Source: an uncultured archaeon (lineage in GTDB: Archaea; Hadarchaeota; Hadarchaeia; Hadarchaeales; Hadarchaeaceae). Taken from it: a stretch of 64,000 nucleotides of DNA. The stretch covers positions 1 through 64,000 of the forward strand of contig CAKZTQ010000032.1 of NCBI GenBank assembly GCA_937921735.1, written 5' to 3'. Position 1 is the first letter of the stretch, and every line of letters starts with the position of its first letter. The position numbers were made by a program, and so were the translations under genes. The notes under the pieces were generated by a model, which had not been told where the DNA came from, did not search any database, and was given only the letters and a program-made list of their open reading frames with translations. This document shows positions 38,671 to 48,334 of the stretch, piece after piece.

Positions 38671-39351
38671 TTATTCAAACCGGGGCAAGTGGCGCTTTTG
38701 TTCATCTGAAGGGTAAAAACAAAGGTCACGGATCGGGCAATTTCCACATAAGGGTGCACGCGCGCGGCAGTACCGCCGGCCGTGTTGTATCAGCAGGATG
38801 TGCGCCTCCCCCCTGCGGCCGCTCGGGACGAGGGCTTCAAGCTTCGCCCTGACCTCTTCATAGCCATCCCCGGCGCTCGTGAAACCGAGCCTTTCCGATA
38901 TCCTGAAGATATGGGTGTCGATCGGCAGCACATCGCGCCCTCCCGCGAACAGCAAAACGCAATCGGCAGTTTTGAACCCCACGCCAGGTAATGCCAAAAG
39001 CTCTCGCCGCGCTTCTTCAACGGGTTTGCGGATAACCTTTCGGAGATCGCCGCCATATTTCTCGCAAACGATTTGAGCTATCTGCTTCAACCGCGCGGAC
39101 TTCATTTGGTGAAGGCCGGCCGGTTCTATCAAACGTTGGATCTCCTTTGGGTCGGCTTGGGCTAGTTCTTCAGGCTTTTTAAACTTCTGCATCAAGCGAT
39201 CGAACGCCAGTTTGGTGTTGCGCCAGTTGGTATTCTGTGACAGCACCGTCTGCACGAGTACTTCAAATGGGTTCTTGCTTCGATATTTCCAGAGCTGGAA
39301 CTCCGCGCTCAGGCGGTTGAGTATTTCGATGATTCGCCAGCGATCGTCCAT
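38671..39351 (-). CDS. nth: Endonuclease III family HhH-GPD glycosylase
   Basis: LSQNT, LPGVG.KTA, PIDTH, C-X6-C-X2-C-X5-C. Confidence 0.93.
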   Translation of the reverse strand: MDDRWRIIEILNRLSAEFQLWKYRSKNPFEVLVQTVLSQNTNWRNTKLAFDRLMQKFKKPEELAQADPKEIQRLIEPAGLHQMKSARLKQIAQIVCEKYGGDLRKVIRKPVEEARRELLALPGVGFKTADCVLLFAGGRDVLPIDTHIFRISERLGFTSAGDGYEEVRAKLEALVPSGRRGEAHILLIQHGRRYCRARAPLCGNCPIRDLCFYPSDEQKRHLPRFE

Positions 39352-39444
39352 GGGCGGCCCTCAGCGATGTCGGATATTCGTCATTCCGCTACCCTTACCT
39401 CTTAAATTTTGGAGCTAGTTTATCATTTTTGGGATGAGGTGAAC

Positions 39445-39837
39445 ATGGGGTTGACTTATGTCGTTTACCTTATGCTCATCTTGGGTTCCTTCACCTTCGG
39501 GTTTGAAGCCCTTCTCCTCGGCTTGGGAGGGCGGCTTTTCGTGCTTTATCGCGAAAATCGCTCGCGCACGCTCAAGCTGGCGTTATCGCTTGGGCTAGCG
39601 ATAACATGTTTGTCGATCGCCATCTCGAGCCTACTCGGCTTACAGCTCATACACTTATGCGCATCCGTGCTCGCGTGCACGCTGCTCTTGAGTTTGATCG
39701 TCGGGCGTTGTAAGAAATTCGTAAAAACACCGCTGCCCGTGCCTCCACCCATTGCAGACGATGAAATTAAAAAGATGCTTAATAAGCACGGCCTGTGCGA
39801 ATTCAAGGAGGAAGACGAAGCCAGTAGCAAGAGCTAG
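39445..39837 (+). CDS. Hypothetical membrane protein
   Basis: Three hydrophobic segments; RBS GAGGTGA. Confidence 0.6.
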   Translation: MGLTYVVYLMLILGSFTFGFEALLLGLGGRLFVLYRENRSRTLKLALSLGLAITCLSIAISSLLGLQLIHLCASVLACTLLLSLIVGRCKKFVKTPLPVPPPIADDEIKKMLNKHGLCEFKEEDEASSKS

Positions 39838-39933
39838 TTTTCCGCGCCCCTTGTGGTTTGGCTTCCCCTGTCGCAGGGTGGGGAAAATTTTTTAAACAAC
39901 AAAAGAGTTTAGTGTGGATACCAAGGGATCATC

Positions 39934-41925
39934 ATGGAGCAAAAGCATGGGAAGATCGCGGAGCCTATTAAATGGGTCGTAGAGGATCCTGAACGCAAGG
40001 AGGTTTGGTGGCCTTCCCCGGAGCTCAAGAAAAGGGCTTGGGTAAGCGATGAGTCGATATATGAACAGTCCGGGAAGGACCCGATCGCTTTTTGGGCCGC
40101 CCTGGCCCGGGAGGGGCTGCACTGGTTCAAGGAATGGGACAAGACCTACGAACAGGACCCGCCATATTTCAGATGGTTCATCGGTGGAAAGATAAACGCC
40201 TCGTACAACGCCGTCGATAGGCACATAAGCACCGAGAAGAGGTACAAGGCAGCGATTATATGGGAACCCGAGCCCCTCGACGAGCCGGCTAGGGTGTTGA
40301 CGTACTATGATCTCTATCGTGAGATCAACAAGTTCGCGAACGCCTTGAAATCGTTAGGCGTCGGGAAGGGCGACAGGGTAGGCATCTACCTGCCCATGAT
40401 ACCCGAAGTTCAAATCGCCATGCTCGCGTGCGCCCGCATAGGAGCTATACACAGCGTCGTCTTCTCGGCCTTCAGCGCCGACTCCTTGAGGTCTAGGTTG
40501 ATGGACGCCGAGGCCAAGGTCCTCATCACCGCAGACGGCTATTACCGACGTGGTAAGATCATCAACTTGAAGGCGGAGGCTGATGAGGGGATAAAGGGAA
40601 CCACCGTGGAAAAGGTCGTTGTTGTGAAGAGGGCGGGCCTCAACGTTCCGATGCTTGAGGGCAGGGATCTTTGGTGGCACGAGTTGATGAAGGGGGCCGC
40701 TGCTTATTGCGAACCGGAGCCAATGGATAGCGAGGATACATTATTTATACTCTACACGAGCGGCACCACGGGCAAGCCCAAGGGTGTGGTCCACACCACC
40801 GGTGGGTACCTTACCCAAGCTTACTGGACGACTAAGTGGGACTTCGATATCCACGACGATGACTTGTTCTGGTGCACTGCGGACATAGGGTGGATCACCG
40901 GCCACACCTACGCTTGCTATGGTCCCCTCCTGCTTGGTGCCACGATGCTCATGTACGAGGGAGCTCCCGACTACCCTGAGCCAGATAGATGGTGGGCGAT
41001 AATCGAGAAGTACGGCGTAAGTATATTTTACACCGCCCCGACGGCGATAAGGATGTTCGTGAAGTACGGCGAGGAGTGGCCGAGGAAGCATGACCTCAGC
41101 AGCTTGAGGATACTGGGCACGGTAGGCGAGCCAATAGACCGCGAGGCCTGGCTTTGGTACTTCTACAACATAGGCGGTGGAAGGTGCCCGATCATCGACA
41201 CGTGGTGGCAAACCGAGACAGGTGGAACGCTGATAAACTCTCTTCCAGGTATAGGCCCGTTTATCCCCACGGTCGCCGGCAGGAGCTTTCCGGGCACTAG
41301 ACACGTGGTGCTCGATGAGAACGGCAGGAGGGTGGGCGTGGGCGAGACGGGAAGTTTAGTCCAGCTGAGCCCGTTCGCGCCGGGGATGCTTAGGGGAATT
41401 TACAAGGACCCGGAGAGGTACAAGGAGCTTTACTTCAGTAAATACGGCGACGAGATTTATTACACCCACGACGGGGCGAAAGTGTGGGATGAGACATATA
41501 ATATCCGCTTGGGAGGCAGGGAGGATGACGTGATGAAGGTAGCCGGTCACAGACTGGCGACAGCAGAAGTGGAGACGGCGCTTACGGATCACGAGGCGGT
41601 CGCTGAAGCGGCGGTCGTTCCTGCCCCTCACGAGATCAAGGGAGAGGTGCCGGTGGCGTTCGTGGTGCTAAAGAAGGGCTGGGAACCATCGGAGGCGCTC
41701 GAGAAGGAGATAGTGGCCAAGGTAGTCAAGGCCATAGGTCCCACGGCTAAGCCCCAAGCGGTCTTCTTCGTGCACGATTTGCCCAAGACGAGGAGCGGCA
41801 AGATCATGCGGAGGATACTTAGGAGCTTGATGAAAGGCGAGCCCGTCGGAGATACCACAACGCTCATGAATCCAGAGGTCGTGGAGGAGTTAAAAGCGAG
41901 GGTCGCTGGAGCGGCTTCTAAATAA
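39934..41925 (+). CDS. acs: AMP-forming acetyl-CoA synthetase
   Basis: [33 protein letters not shown]. Confidence 0.96.
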   Translation: MEQKHGKIAEPIKWVVEDPERKEVWWPSPELKKRAWVSDESIYEQSGKDPIAFWAALAREGLHWFKEWDKTYEQDPPYFRWFIGGKINASYNAVDRHISTEKRYKAAIIWEPEPLDEPARVLTYYDLYREINKFANALKSLGVGKGDRVGIYLPMIPEVQIAMLACARIGAIHSVVFSAFSADSLRSRLMDAEAKVLITADGYYRRGKIINLKAEADEGIKGTTVEKVVVVKRAGLNVPMLEGRDLWWHELMKGAAAYCEPEPMDSEDTLFILYTSGTTGKPKGVVHTTGGYLTQAYWTTKWDFDIHDDDLFWCTADIGWITGHTYACYGPLLLGATMLMYEGAPDYPEPDRWWAIIEKYGVSIFYTAPTAIRMFVKYGEEWPRKHDLSSLRILGTVGEPIDREAWLWYFYNIGGGRCPIIDTWWQTETGGTLINSLPGIGPFIPTVAGRSFPGTRHVVLDENGRRVGVGETGSLVQLSPFAPGMLRGIYKDPERYKELYFSKYGDEIYYTHDGAKVWDETYNIRLGGREDDVMKVAGHRLATAEVETALTDHEAVAEAAVVPAPHEIKGEVPVAFVVLKKGWEPSEALEKEIVAKVVKAIGPTAKPQAVFFVHDLPKTRSGKIMRRILRSLMKGEPVGDTTTLMNPEVVEELKARVAGAASK

Positions 41926-41966
41926 TTTCGATGATTTACGGCTTGCTCAGCTCCAAAGCGGCGCTT

Positions 41967-42560
41967 TTATCGATGGGAAAGTTTTGCGTAGCGCTTGTCG
42001 AGTTCTTCTACCAGCTCCTTTACCTCCTTGATTTCGGCAGCGTAGGGGCCTAGGTCTGCGTGCACGGCTCGCCAGAGCTCGTCTAACTCGCGCGCGCGAT
42101 TTCCACGTTCTCGATACTTAATAGCTTGAATTAGCATAGAGAGATAGTCAGCCGCGTGGACGATCTTCGCCTCAAAGGTGTACTTCTCCGAGTACTCCCG
42201 CCAAAGTTCCATAAGCATTTGTTGATTGGGCAGACCGGCGACGAGATCCCTCATCGCCTTGCCCTCCATTTGTTTCTTAGTTCCGGGTTCCCCCAAATAC
42301 TTCAAAGCCGTGTAGGGAAAGTCCGCAACCATCGCCTCTGCCCAGTCATGCAGAAGCGCCATGCTGAGGGCCCTTTCGACATCTAGCTCGCGGCCGCCGC
42401 GCTTTGCCTCGTCCGCTAGCAGGAGCGCGATCGCCGCTACCTCAAAGGTATGCTGTGCAACGTCTTCGACTTCGTTCAATGGCACATTGCACAGCAGCCA
42501 ACCCGTTCGGGGTATACGCTTGAGGTCGTTAAGTTTTTCCAAAAGCTCGCTCAGTTTCAA
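41967..42560 (-). CDS. HD-domain 5'-deoxynucleotidase (YfbR-like)
   Basis: LKRIPRTGW, E.VA.H, LHD..EA...D, AD.L. Confidence 0.88.
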   Translation of the reverse strand: MKLSELLEKLNDLKRIPRTGWLLCNVPLNEVEDVAQHTFEVAAIALLLADEAKRGGRELDVERALSMALLHDWAEAMVADFPYTALKYLGEPGTKKQMEGKAMRDLVAGLPNQQMLMELWREYSEKYTFEAKIVHAADYLSMLIQAIKYRERGNRARELDELWRAVHADLGPYAAEIKEVKELVEELDKRYAKLSHR

Positions 42561-42961
42561 ACTACCACCAACTTAGCCTGCTTAACGCCCCGCATGGCTC
42601 CGATGCGGTCGACAAGCTTGCGGATTTCGTCCGCCGCTCCTTTCACGACGATGATCTCTAGGCAATTCTTGGCATCGACGTGCAAGTGCTGGGCGGCGCT
42701 TATCACCTTCGAGTGCTGGTGCTGGATGTCCATGAGTTCGTCCACCAACCCCCTGACGTCGTGCTCGTAAAGCACCATGATGGCCCCCAGCTGCTCACCC
42801 TTCAACTCGCTCCTCCACTTGTAGTTCGCCAAGAAATCGCGAAGGGCGTCCCTAATGGCTTCCGAGCGGCTCGCGTAGCGTTGAGCCCTAAGCACGCGAT
42901 CGAGTTCGTCGAGCAGCTCACAAGGCAGGGTGAGGCTTATGCGAGCTATTCTCGAAGACAT
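42557..42961 (-). CDS. nikR: Nickel-responsive regulator NikR
   Basis: RHH N-terminus (RISLTL, SRSEAIRDA), Y.H, QH, HLH.....CLE. Confidence 0.93.
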   Translation of the reverse strand: MSSRIARISLTLPCELLDELDRVLRAQRYASRSEAIRDALRDFLANYKWRSELKGEQLGAIMVLYEHDVRGLVDELMDIQHQHSKVISAAQHLHVDAKNCLEIIVVKGAADEIRKLVDRIGAMRGVKQAKLVVV

Positions 42962-43011
42962 GATGGCACGATTGAATTTGCAAGATTTGGACATTTATGT
43001 TTTGCCGAAAC

Positions 43012-43305
43012 TCAGCACTTTGAGCGGGGTCTCGAGAGGACGACTGCGAAACCCCAAATGACGAGCACCGGGATGAGCATCACGATTCCAAGTATGATCC
43101 CGCTAGTGATAGCCCCTTCCGTGGTCACCCGTATGAATTCCCCTCCTTCGTGCAGGTATCCGAGCACGTGGTCGACGAGTATCATCACCGTTGCTCCCCA
43201 AAGCATCAGACTCAGCATTCCGAGCTTGTATTCCCTGATGCCTAGAATTCTTAGCACCGTCACTAGACATGCCGCGATCAACGTCGTTATCAGCCACATG
43301 CTCAT
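43012..43305 (-). CDS. Small 3-TM membrane protein (paralog of upstream gene)
   Basis: L.LMLWGA..M..VDH motif. Confidence 0.7.
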   Translation of the reverse strand: MSMWLITTLIAACLVTVLRILGIREYKLGMLSLMLWGATVMILVDHVLGYLHEGGEFIRVTTEGAITSGIILGIVMLIPVLVIWGFAVVLSRPRSKC

Positions 43306-43307
43306 GC

Positions 43308-43634
43308 CTACCTACGGATACCCAATCTCGTTTCCATCGTCTTTATCAAGTTGAGCCGCGGGGCGATCGTCAGCATGCCTGTCCAAAGGAGAGTGCATGC
43401 TAGGGCCATTGGAACTCCGATCCGAACCATTTCCGGCAGGACTTCAGATAGTCCGGCGGTCAAGAAGGGCGGATATGGCACGATTTCTCCGTGAGCTAAA
43501 TGTTCGACCGCCAACATCGCCACGCCGCCCCACAGTAGAGCGTTTAGCCAGTTTATGTTGTACCTCGTCGGGAACTTTTTCCTGAACAGCGTGGTTATCG
43601 CGCCCAGCGCCATGGGAACGAGGAAACAAGCCAC
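43308..43634 (-). CDS. Small 3-TM membrane protein
   Basis: MACFLVP, LN.LLWGG..ML.VEH..HGE..PYPPFLTA; GTG start with RBS. Confidence 0.75.
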   Translation of the reverse strand: MACFLVPMALGAITTLFRKKFPTRYNINWLNALLWGGVAMLAVEHLAHGEIVPYPPFLTAGLSEVLPEMVRIGVPMALACTLLWTGMLTIAPRLNLIKTMETRLGIRR

Positions 43635-43654
43635 CCTTTCACCTCTTGCTTTTT

Positions 43655-43682
43655 GTAATACTTTTCCATATTTAAATATTAC
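43655..43682. promoter_or_regulatory. Putative NikR operator GTAATA-N16-TATTAC overlapping a TATA box
   Basis: Perfect 6-bp inverted repeat with 16-nt spacing, the geometry of the E. coli NikR site GTATGA-N16-TCATAC; covers TTTAAATA. Confidence 0.7.
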
Positions 43683-43769
43683 CAATTCGATAGTAAAGCG
43701 CCAAAGAATTTTGCAGCCCAAAAGAAAAGGCATAAATTGACGAAAATCCACCGTAATCCGGTGAGGTGA

Positions 43770-44036
43770 ATGGAAAAGGAACCTGTTGAGAAGAAACTCG
43801 TAGGAAAGGTTACCCACTACTTTACGAGGATTGGGGTAGCAGTCGTTGAGTTGACAGACGAGTTAAAGATAGGCGACAGGATTTCCATAGAGGGCGCGAC
43901 CACGAATTTTCAACAGGTAGTGGGCTCCATGCAGATCGAACATAAAGACGTAAAGGTCGCTACGGCTGGGCAATCGATAGGTCTGAAGGTCGACCAAAGG
44001 GCACGTGAAGGGGACCTCGTCTACAAGATCCTTTAA
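43770..44036 (+). CDS. Translation-factor domain II-like beta-barrel protein
   Basis: VGKVTHYF..IGVA, LKIGD.I.I.G, SMQIEH, G..IGLKV....REGD.VY. Confidence 0.8.
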   Translation: MEKEPVEKKLVGKVTHYFTRIGVAVVELTDELKIGDRISIEGATTNFQQVVGSMQIEHKDVKVATAGQSIGLKVDQRAREGDLVYKIL

Positions 44037-44905
44037 GCGGTTAGATCTAGCTTAAAAAGCAGGATTTTCGCCTTTCTTATATTTTCGGGAAGATTTCTGC
44101 AGTTCTTACAAAGGCCCATAGTTTGGGCGATCAAATCGCGATACCCTGAGAACTTCTCCTTTTTTTCCAGTATTCTGTCTAAGGTTCTCTCGAGTTGGGG
44201 GGTCGGCGCGAAAGTACTTCCGCATGCTGAGCATCGCCGCAGCTCTATCTTGGCTTCAGCCCCGATCGCTTTTCTATCCCCAGTTGCTCGTGGGCGCTCG
44301 GCCCCAAGCTCCACTGCCTCCTCCGGGCAGGCCTCCTCGCAGGAGGCACAGGAAATGCACTTTTCGTATCTGAACCTCACCTTTCGTTCGTTGCCTTCGT
44401 CGACCATCTCTATTGCTCCAGTCGGACAAACCTGCACACAGGCCCCGCATCCGGTGCACTTCTCCGCGTCGATATTGGGCATTCCCCGAAAGCCACCGGG
44501 CACCTCCCAAGCTTTTGACCCCAGCTTTAAAACGTCAACGAGAGCCTCGACGATGGCGTGAGGGCTTGGAGGACACCCAGGCACATATGCGTCCACGTGA
44601 ATTATTTCGTCCACCATGCCGTCCACGCTATAAGAGCCCTCGAAGGCCTCGCCGGACAGGGCACAAGCGCCGACCGCGATGGCTAGCCTCGGCGGCTTCA
44701 ACCTTTCGTATACTTCTCTGAGCATATCTCGCGTCTTGACCGTCGGTACCCCTGTGACGATGAGCACGTTGGCCTCACTTGGGTCCCCGACGAGCTTTAC
44801 CCCCAGCTCCTCTAACCCGAACCTTCTCGCAAATGCGCTGAACACTTCGATGTCACATCCGTTGCACGAGCCTACGTCCAGACGATAAACGTTGACCTGC
44901 CTCAA
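44033..44905 (-). CDS. Group 4 [NiFe]-hydrogenase small subunit (NuoB/HycG-like) fused to a 2x[4Fe-4S] ferredoxin (NuoI/HycF-like)
   Basis: GSCNGCDIE, GACA..G, PGCPP.P, then FRG.P and two CxxCxxCxxxCP motifs. Confidence 0.88.
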   Translation of the reverse strand: MRQVNVYRLDVGSCNGCDIEVFSAFARRFGLEELGVKLVGDPSEANVLIVTGVPTVKTRDMLREVYERLKPPRLAIAVGACALSGEAFEGSYSVDGMVDEIIHVDAYVPGCPPSPHAIVEALVDVLKLGSKAWEVPGGFRGMPNIDAEKCTGCGACVQVCPTGAIEMVDEGNERKVRFRYEKCISCASCEEACPEEAVELGAERPRATGDRKAIGAEAKIELRRCSACGSTFAPTPQLERTLDRILEKKEKFSGYRDLIAQTMGLCKNCRNLPENIRKAKILLFKLDLTA

Positions 44906-46041
44906 ACCCCTCTCCTGAGCTCCGACAGCTCCACCTGATGCTTTTTTCCAGTTCGTTGATCTACGAGCGTCAGACGATTTGTGCAGGAGATGCAGCGGTC
45001 TATGCTTTCTAAAATCAAGGGAAGGTCACTTAACCTCTGTCCCCGCAACATCTCAGGGAGGCTGCGCTCGTTCATGTAGGTGGGCGTTCTGATCTTTACC
45101 CTCTCAGGGATGTTCGTGCCGTTCGACTTGACGAAGTAGATCAATTCGCCTCGCGGCGCTTCCACCCTCCCAACCTCTTCCTTTTCCTTTGGCGGCTCGC
45201 CAACTTCGGCCGCGATGTTGCCGGATGGGAAATCGTCTAATAGCTGCCGTATGATCTCGATGCTTTCAAAAGTTTCCTTTACCCTGACAAGCGTTCTCGA
45301 AAGCACGTCTCCCCCGTCCTCCACCTGCACCTCGAAGTCTACCTCTTCGTATGCGGCGTAGGGATCGTCCTTGCGAACGTCGCTCTCAACGCCGGATGCC
45401 CTCAAAACGGGCCCCACGACACCTAACGCCAGCGCTTTCTCCCTTGGCAATGGGCCTATCCCCGAAAGTTTCGGGGCAAGTTCCCGCGTGGCACGGGCGA
45501 TGTACCCTGAGAGGCTTGTTAAATCGTCTAGCGCGTGTCTAAGTCTTCTGATCATCTCCACGCTTAGGTCCCCCCTCACCCCACCTATCGCGTTGATCCC
45601 ATAATGGACGCGGTTGCCGCACATCAGCTCGATCAGATCCATGATTTCCTCCCGCGCATCGACGATTTTGATGAAATGTTCCTTTTCGCCGAGGGTGTGA
45701 AACAGTAACGCGGTCCATAGATAATGGCTCTGGAGCCGCTCAAGTTCAAACATAATCGTTCGAATGTACTTGGCCCTCTCCGGTGGCTCAACCTCGAAGA
45801 CCTTCTCTACGGTTTGACAGTAACAAGTGGTGTGGGCATGTGAGCAAAATCCGCATATCCGCTCGCATAGGAAAACGCCTTGGGCATAGGTCTTTGTGGC
45901 GAGGAGCCTCTCGATGCCCCTATGCGTGTAACCTTGCTTTATGTCCACGTCGACGATCTTCTCGTTGCTCACCGTAACTTCGTAGAGTTCGGGCTCTACC
46001 AAGGCAGGATGATAAGGACCTATGACTACTATTTTCGACGT
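44902..46041 (-). CDS. Group 4 [NiFe]-hydrogenase large subunit (probable ACG start)
   Basis: GPYHPAL.EP, HRGIE, L1 ERICGFCS, EAPRGE, L2 DRCISCTNR. Confidence 0.9.
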   Translation of the reverse strand, partial: TSKIVVIGPYHPALVEPELYEVTVSNEKIVDVDIKQGYTHRGIERLLATKTYAQGVFLCERICGFCSHAHTTCYCQTVEKVFEVEPPERAKYIRTIMFELERLQSHYLWTALLFHTLGEKEHFIKIVDAREEIMDLIELMCGNRVHYGINAIGGVRGDLSVEMIRRLRHALDDLTSLSGYIARATRELAPKLSGIGPLPREKALALGVVGPVLRASGVESDVRKDDPYAAYEEVDFEVQVEDGGDVLSRTLVRVKETFESIEIIRQLLDDFPSGNIAAEVGEPPKEKEEVGRVEAPRGELIYFVKSNGTNIPERVKIRTPTYMNERSLPEMLRGQRLSDLPLILESIDRCISCTNRLTLVDQRTGKKHQVELSELRRGV

Positions 46042-46044
46042 ACG

Positions 46045-46911
46045 CTACACCCCCATTTTCTCGATCAACTGTGAAATGGGGCTGCGGTGGAACTCGAGCT
46101 TGAGCTCGTTTGTAGGGACGCCCACCGCCAAAGCCAATAACTCAACTATGTGGAGGCACGGAAAGTTGTATTTCAAGCCATATTTCCTTAGCGAGATCTG
46201 GCCCGTCTCAAACTGGAGGATGCACATTGGACAAGCGGTAATGATGCCGTCAACCATAAGTTCCTCGTAGCATCTCAATTTGAGGTGCAGCCTCTCTTTA
46301 AGTGCCGCTTCTTCGTTTACTTGCATCATTGGGAATCCACAACACATGCGATCTAGTTTGCAGCTGACCACGTCGGCGCCGGTAGCTTGTACCAGCTCCG
46401 TCAACATCCCCGGTTTTCTCCAAATGTCCCCCCCGTCGGCCTCGCGAAAGAGATGACATCCAGGATGAACCGCAGCCCTGAACGTCAGTGGTTTGGCGAT
46501 TTCCTTTATTCGGCTGATCCCAATGTCTTCGTATAGAATTTCAACGATGTGTTTCACGTTTACCGTGCCCTCATACTTTCTCCCGACCTCCGAAAGTAGT
46601 CCGTTCACCTCTTCTCTCAGTCCACTTTCTTGCTTCATCGCTTCGTTCGCTTCCCAAAGCGTTTCGTAGCACCCGTTGCACAAGGTTATGATATCCAAAC
46701 CAAGTTGCTCGGCTAAGCTTAGGTTTCTAGCGGAGAGCGCGAGGGACATCCGCCTGTCGGCTAAACGTGCCACCACAGGATCTGGACAACAGGAGTAGCC
46801 GGAAAGGTCCAATACCTCAACACCTAGCCTCTCGAAAAGTTTTCTGGCTGCAAGTTCCACGCTGGGGATCCTCTGAGGGATGAGACAACCTAAGAATAGT
46901 GCGTATTTCAT
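46045..46911 (-). CDS. hdrB: Heterodisulfide reductase subunit B-like (two CCG domains)
   Basis: F.GC.IP, SCCP.P, CNGC, H.GCH, CCG, CP.C..QF. Confidence 0.85.
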   Translation of the reverse strand: MKYALFLGCLIPQRIPSVELAARKLFERLGVEVLDLSGYSCCPDPVVARLADRRMSLALSARNLSLAEQLGLDIITLCNGCYETLWEANEAMKQESGLREEVNGLLSEVGRKYEGTVNVKHIVEILYEDIGISRIKEIAKPLTFRAAVHPGCHLFREADGGDIWRKPGMLTELVQATGADVVSCKLDRMCCGFPMMQVNEEAALKERLHLKLRCYEELMVDGIITACPMCILQFETGQISLRKYGLKYNFPCLHIVELLALAVGVPTNELKLEFHRSPISQLIEKMGV

Positions 46912-46916
46912 GAAAT

Positions 46917-47573
46917 CTACCCTCGCCTCAACTTTTTCCTCTCCCAATCGTATCCTGCTTTTTTATCGAAGGCAACCCGTTTCATCAGTTCCTGAAGTTC
47001 GCGGAGTGCTTCCTCGCTCGCGTAGCTGGCAGGGGGAGATGCCGGCAGACCGGCTTCGTCTCTCTTCCGCTGCATGTGAGGTGAAAGCGGGGCGGTCGTG
47101 CCAACCGATATCAGGGACTCGGCCACCGGACATATTTTAGCAGGAAGCTCCCCCTCGAAGGGGCCTCTCAGGGGTGGACTCCCGGACCACCCCTCCGGTA
47201 ATAGTAAGGGAGCAGGTCTTGGATGGGCTTTGAACCTCACTCCGAAAAGCTCAGCGGTTTCCCTCTCCGCCCACTCCGCGGCTGGCATTAAATCCGAGAT
47301 GCTGTCGATTTCACTTGTTTCCTTCGCGATCACCGCGCGCAAGACCACAACTGTGCCATCGACGTCGAAGTTGTAAAGCAATTCGATGTCTAGACCTTCG
47401 TCGACGGCAGCTAGCATCATAAACCTTCCCTTATTCGATAGTATCTCGACCGCCTTCCGAATCGACCGCGGCTCGATTTCGACAACCGCCCTCCTTTCGC
47501 GAGAGTAAATGACCCTCGCCTTGACTTCCCTCGTGAGACCCTCGAGGATTTCATCCACGGCCAGATCGGTCAC
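46917..47573 (-). CDS. NuoC-like (hydrogenase/complex I 30-kDa) subunit
   Basis: SI....P.A.W.ERE..ELFG..F..HP....LLLPE.W...PPLR. Confidence 0.88.
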   Translation of the reverse strand: MTDLAVDEILEGLTREVKARVIYSRERRAVVEIEPRSIRKAVEILSNKGRFMMLAAVDEGLDIELLYNFDVDGTVVVLRAVIAKETSEIDSISDLMPAAEWAERETAELFGVRFKAHPRPAPLLLPEGWSGSPPLRGPFEGELPAKICPVAESLISVGTTAPLSPHMQRKRDEAGLPASPPASYASEEALRELQELMKRVAFDKKAGYDWERKKLRRG

Positions 47574-48036
47574 CCTCTATAGCATACATGCGTCTGTTAA
47601 ATTCCTCCGCCTCGGCTCGGCTTACCACTCTCAAAGCTCCGGGCGAACAATACTTCGCGCATACCGGATCTCCATCGCAGAAATCACATTTCGCCGAAAC
47701 TCGATGTTCCTCGTCGAACCATGGGCATGATAGGGGACAAGCTAGGATGCAGGACCGGCAACCAATGCACTTCATCGGATTTATCTTCACCCATCCGCTC
47801 TCATCGCTTTTGGTTATCGCTTCCTCGGGGCAGGACGCCAAGCAAACCGGCTCCTCGCAGTGTCTGCAGTTCGTTGCCTCAAATCTCGCCACACGTTCAT
47901 CGAGCGAAATATGGATGTGAGATTTAGCTGGATCTAGGGTGCCATAGTGCTGAAAAGCACAAGCTATTTCACAATATCCGCAGCCCGTGCATCGCTCTGG
48001 GTCGTAAATCAAAACTTTCTGATGGGCTGCTTTCAT
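47551..48036 (-). CDS. 4x[4Fe-4S] electron-transfer protein (CooF/HycB-like)
   Basis: CTGC..CE.AC, CRHC..P.C...CP, CIGC..C..ACP, KCDFC.G.P.C...C. Confidence 0.9.
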   Translation of the reverse strand: MKAAHQKVLIYDPERCTGCGYCEIACAFQHYGTLDPAKSHIHISLDERVARFEATNCRHCEEPVCLASCPEEAITKSDESGWVKINPMKCIGCRSCILACPLSCPWFDEEHRVSAKCDFCDGDPVCAKYCSPGALRVVSRAEAEEFNRRMYAIEGDRSGRG

Positions 48037-48088
48037 TTAGGCCTCGCTCCACACCGGGTGCTGGTTCAGGTCCATCTAACCATCGGAT

Positions 48089-48334
48089 CTATGTGAGGAC
48101 CTCAACCTCCGCATCTTTGACCACGGATTCAGCCGCTGACTTCACCTGTTTGACTAAATAAGCTATCAGAGGACATCCGGGGATAGTTGGCCTAAATAAT
48201 ATTTTAGCTTTGTCCCCCTTCACTGTTATTCCTTCGATCATCCCCATGTCAACCACGTTTATGCCGGTCTCTGGGTCTATCACATCGCGAAGCTTTTCCC
48301 TTATCTGCTCCACCTTGTCCATCCCATCGCTCAT
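48089..48334 (-). CDS. DUF59/SufT-like metal-sulfur cluster assembly factor
   Basis: V.DPE.GINVVDMG.I, T.PGCP. Confidence 0.88.
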   Translation of the reverse strand: MSDGMDKVEQIREKLRDVIDPETGINVVDMGMIEGITVKGDKAKILFRPTIPGCPLIAYLVKQVKSAAESVVKDAEVEVLT

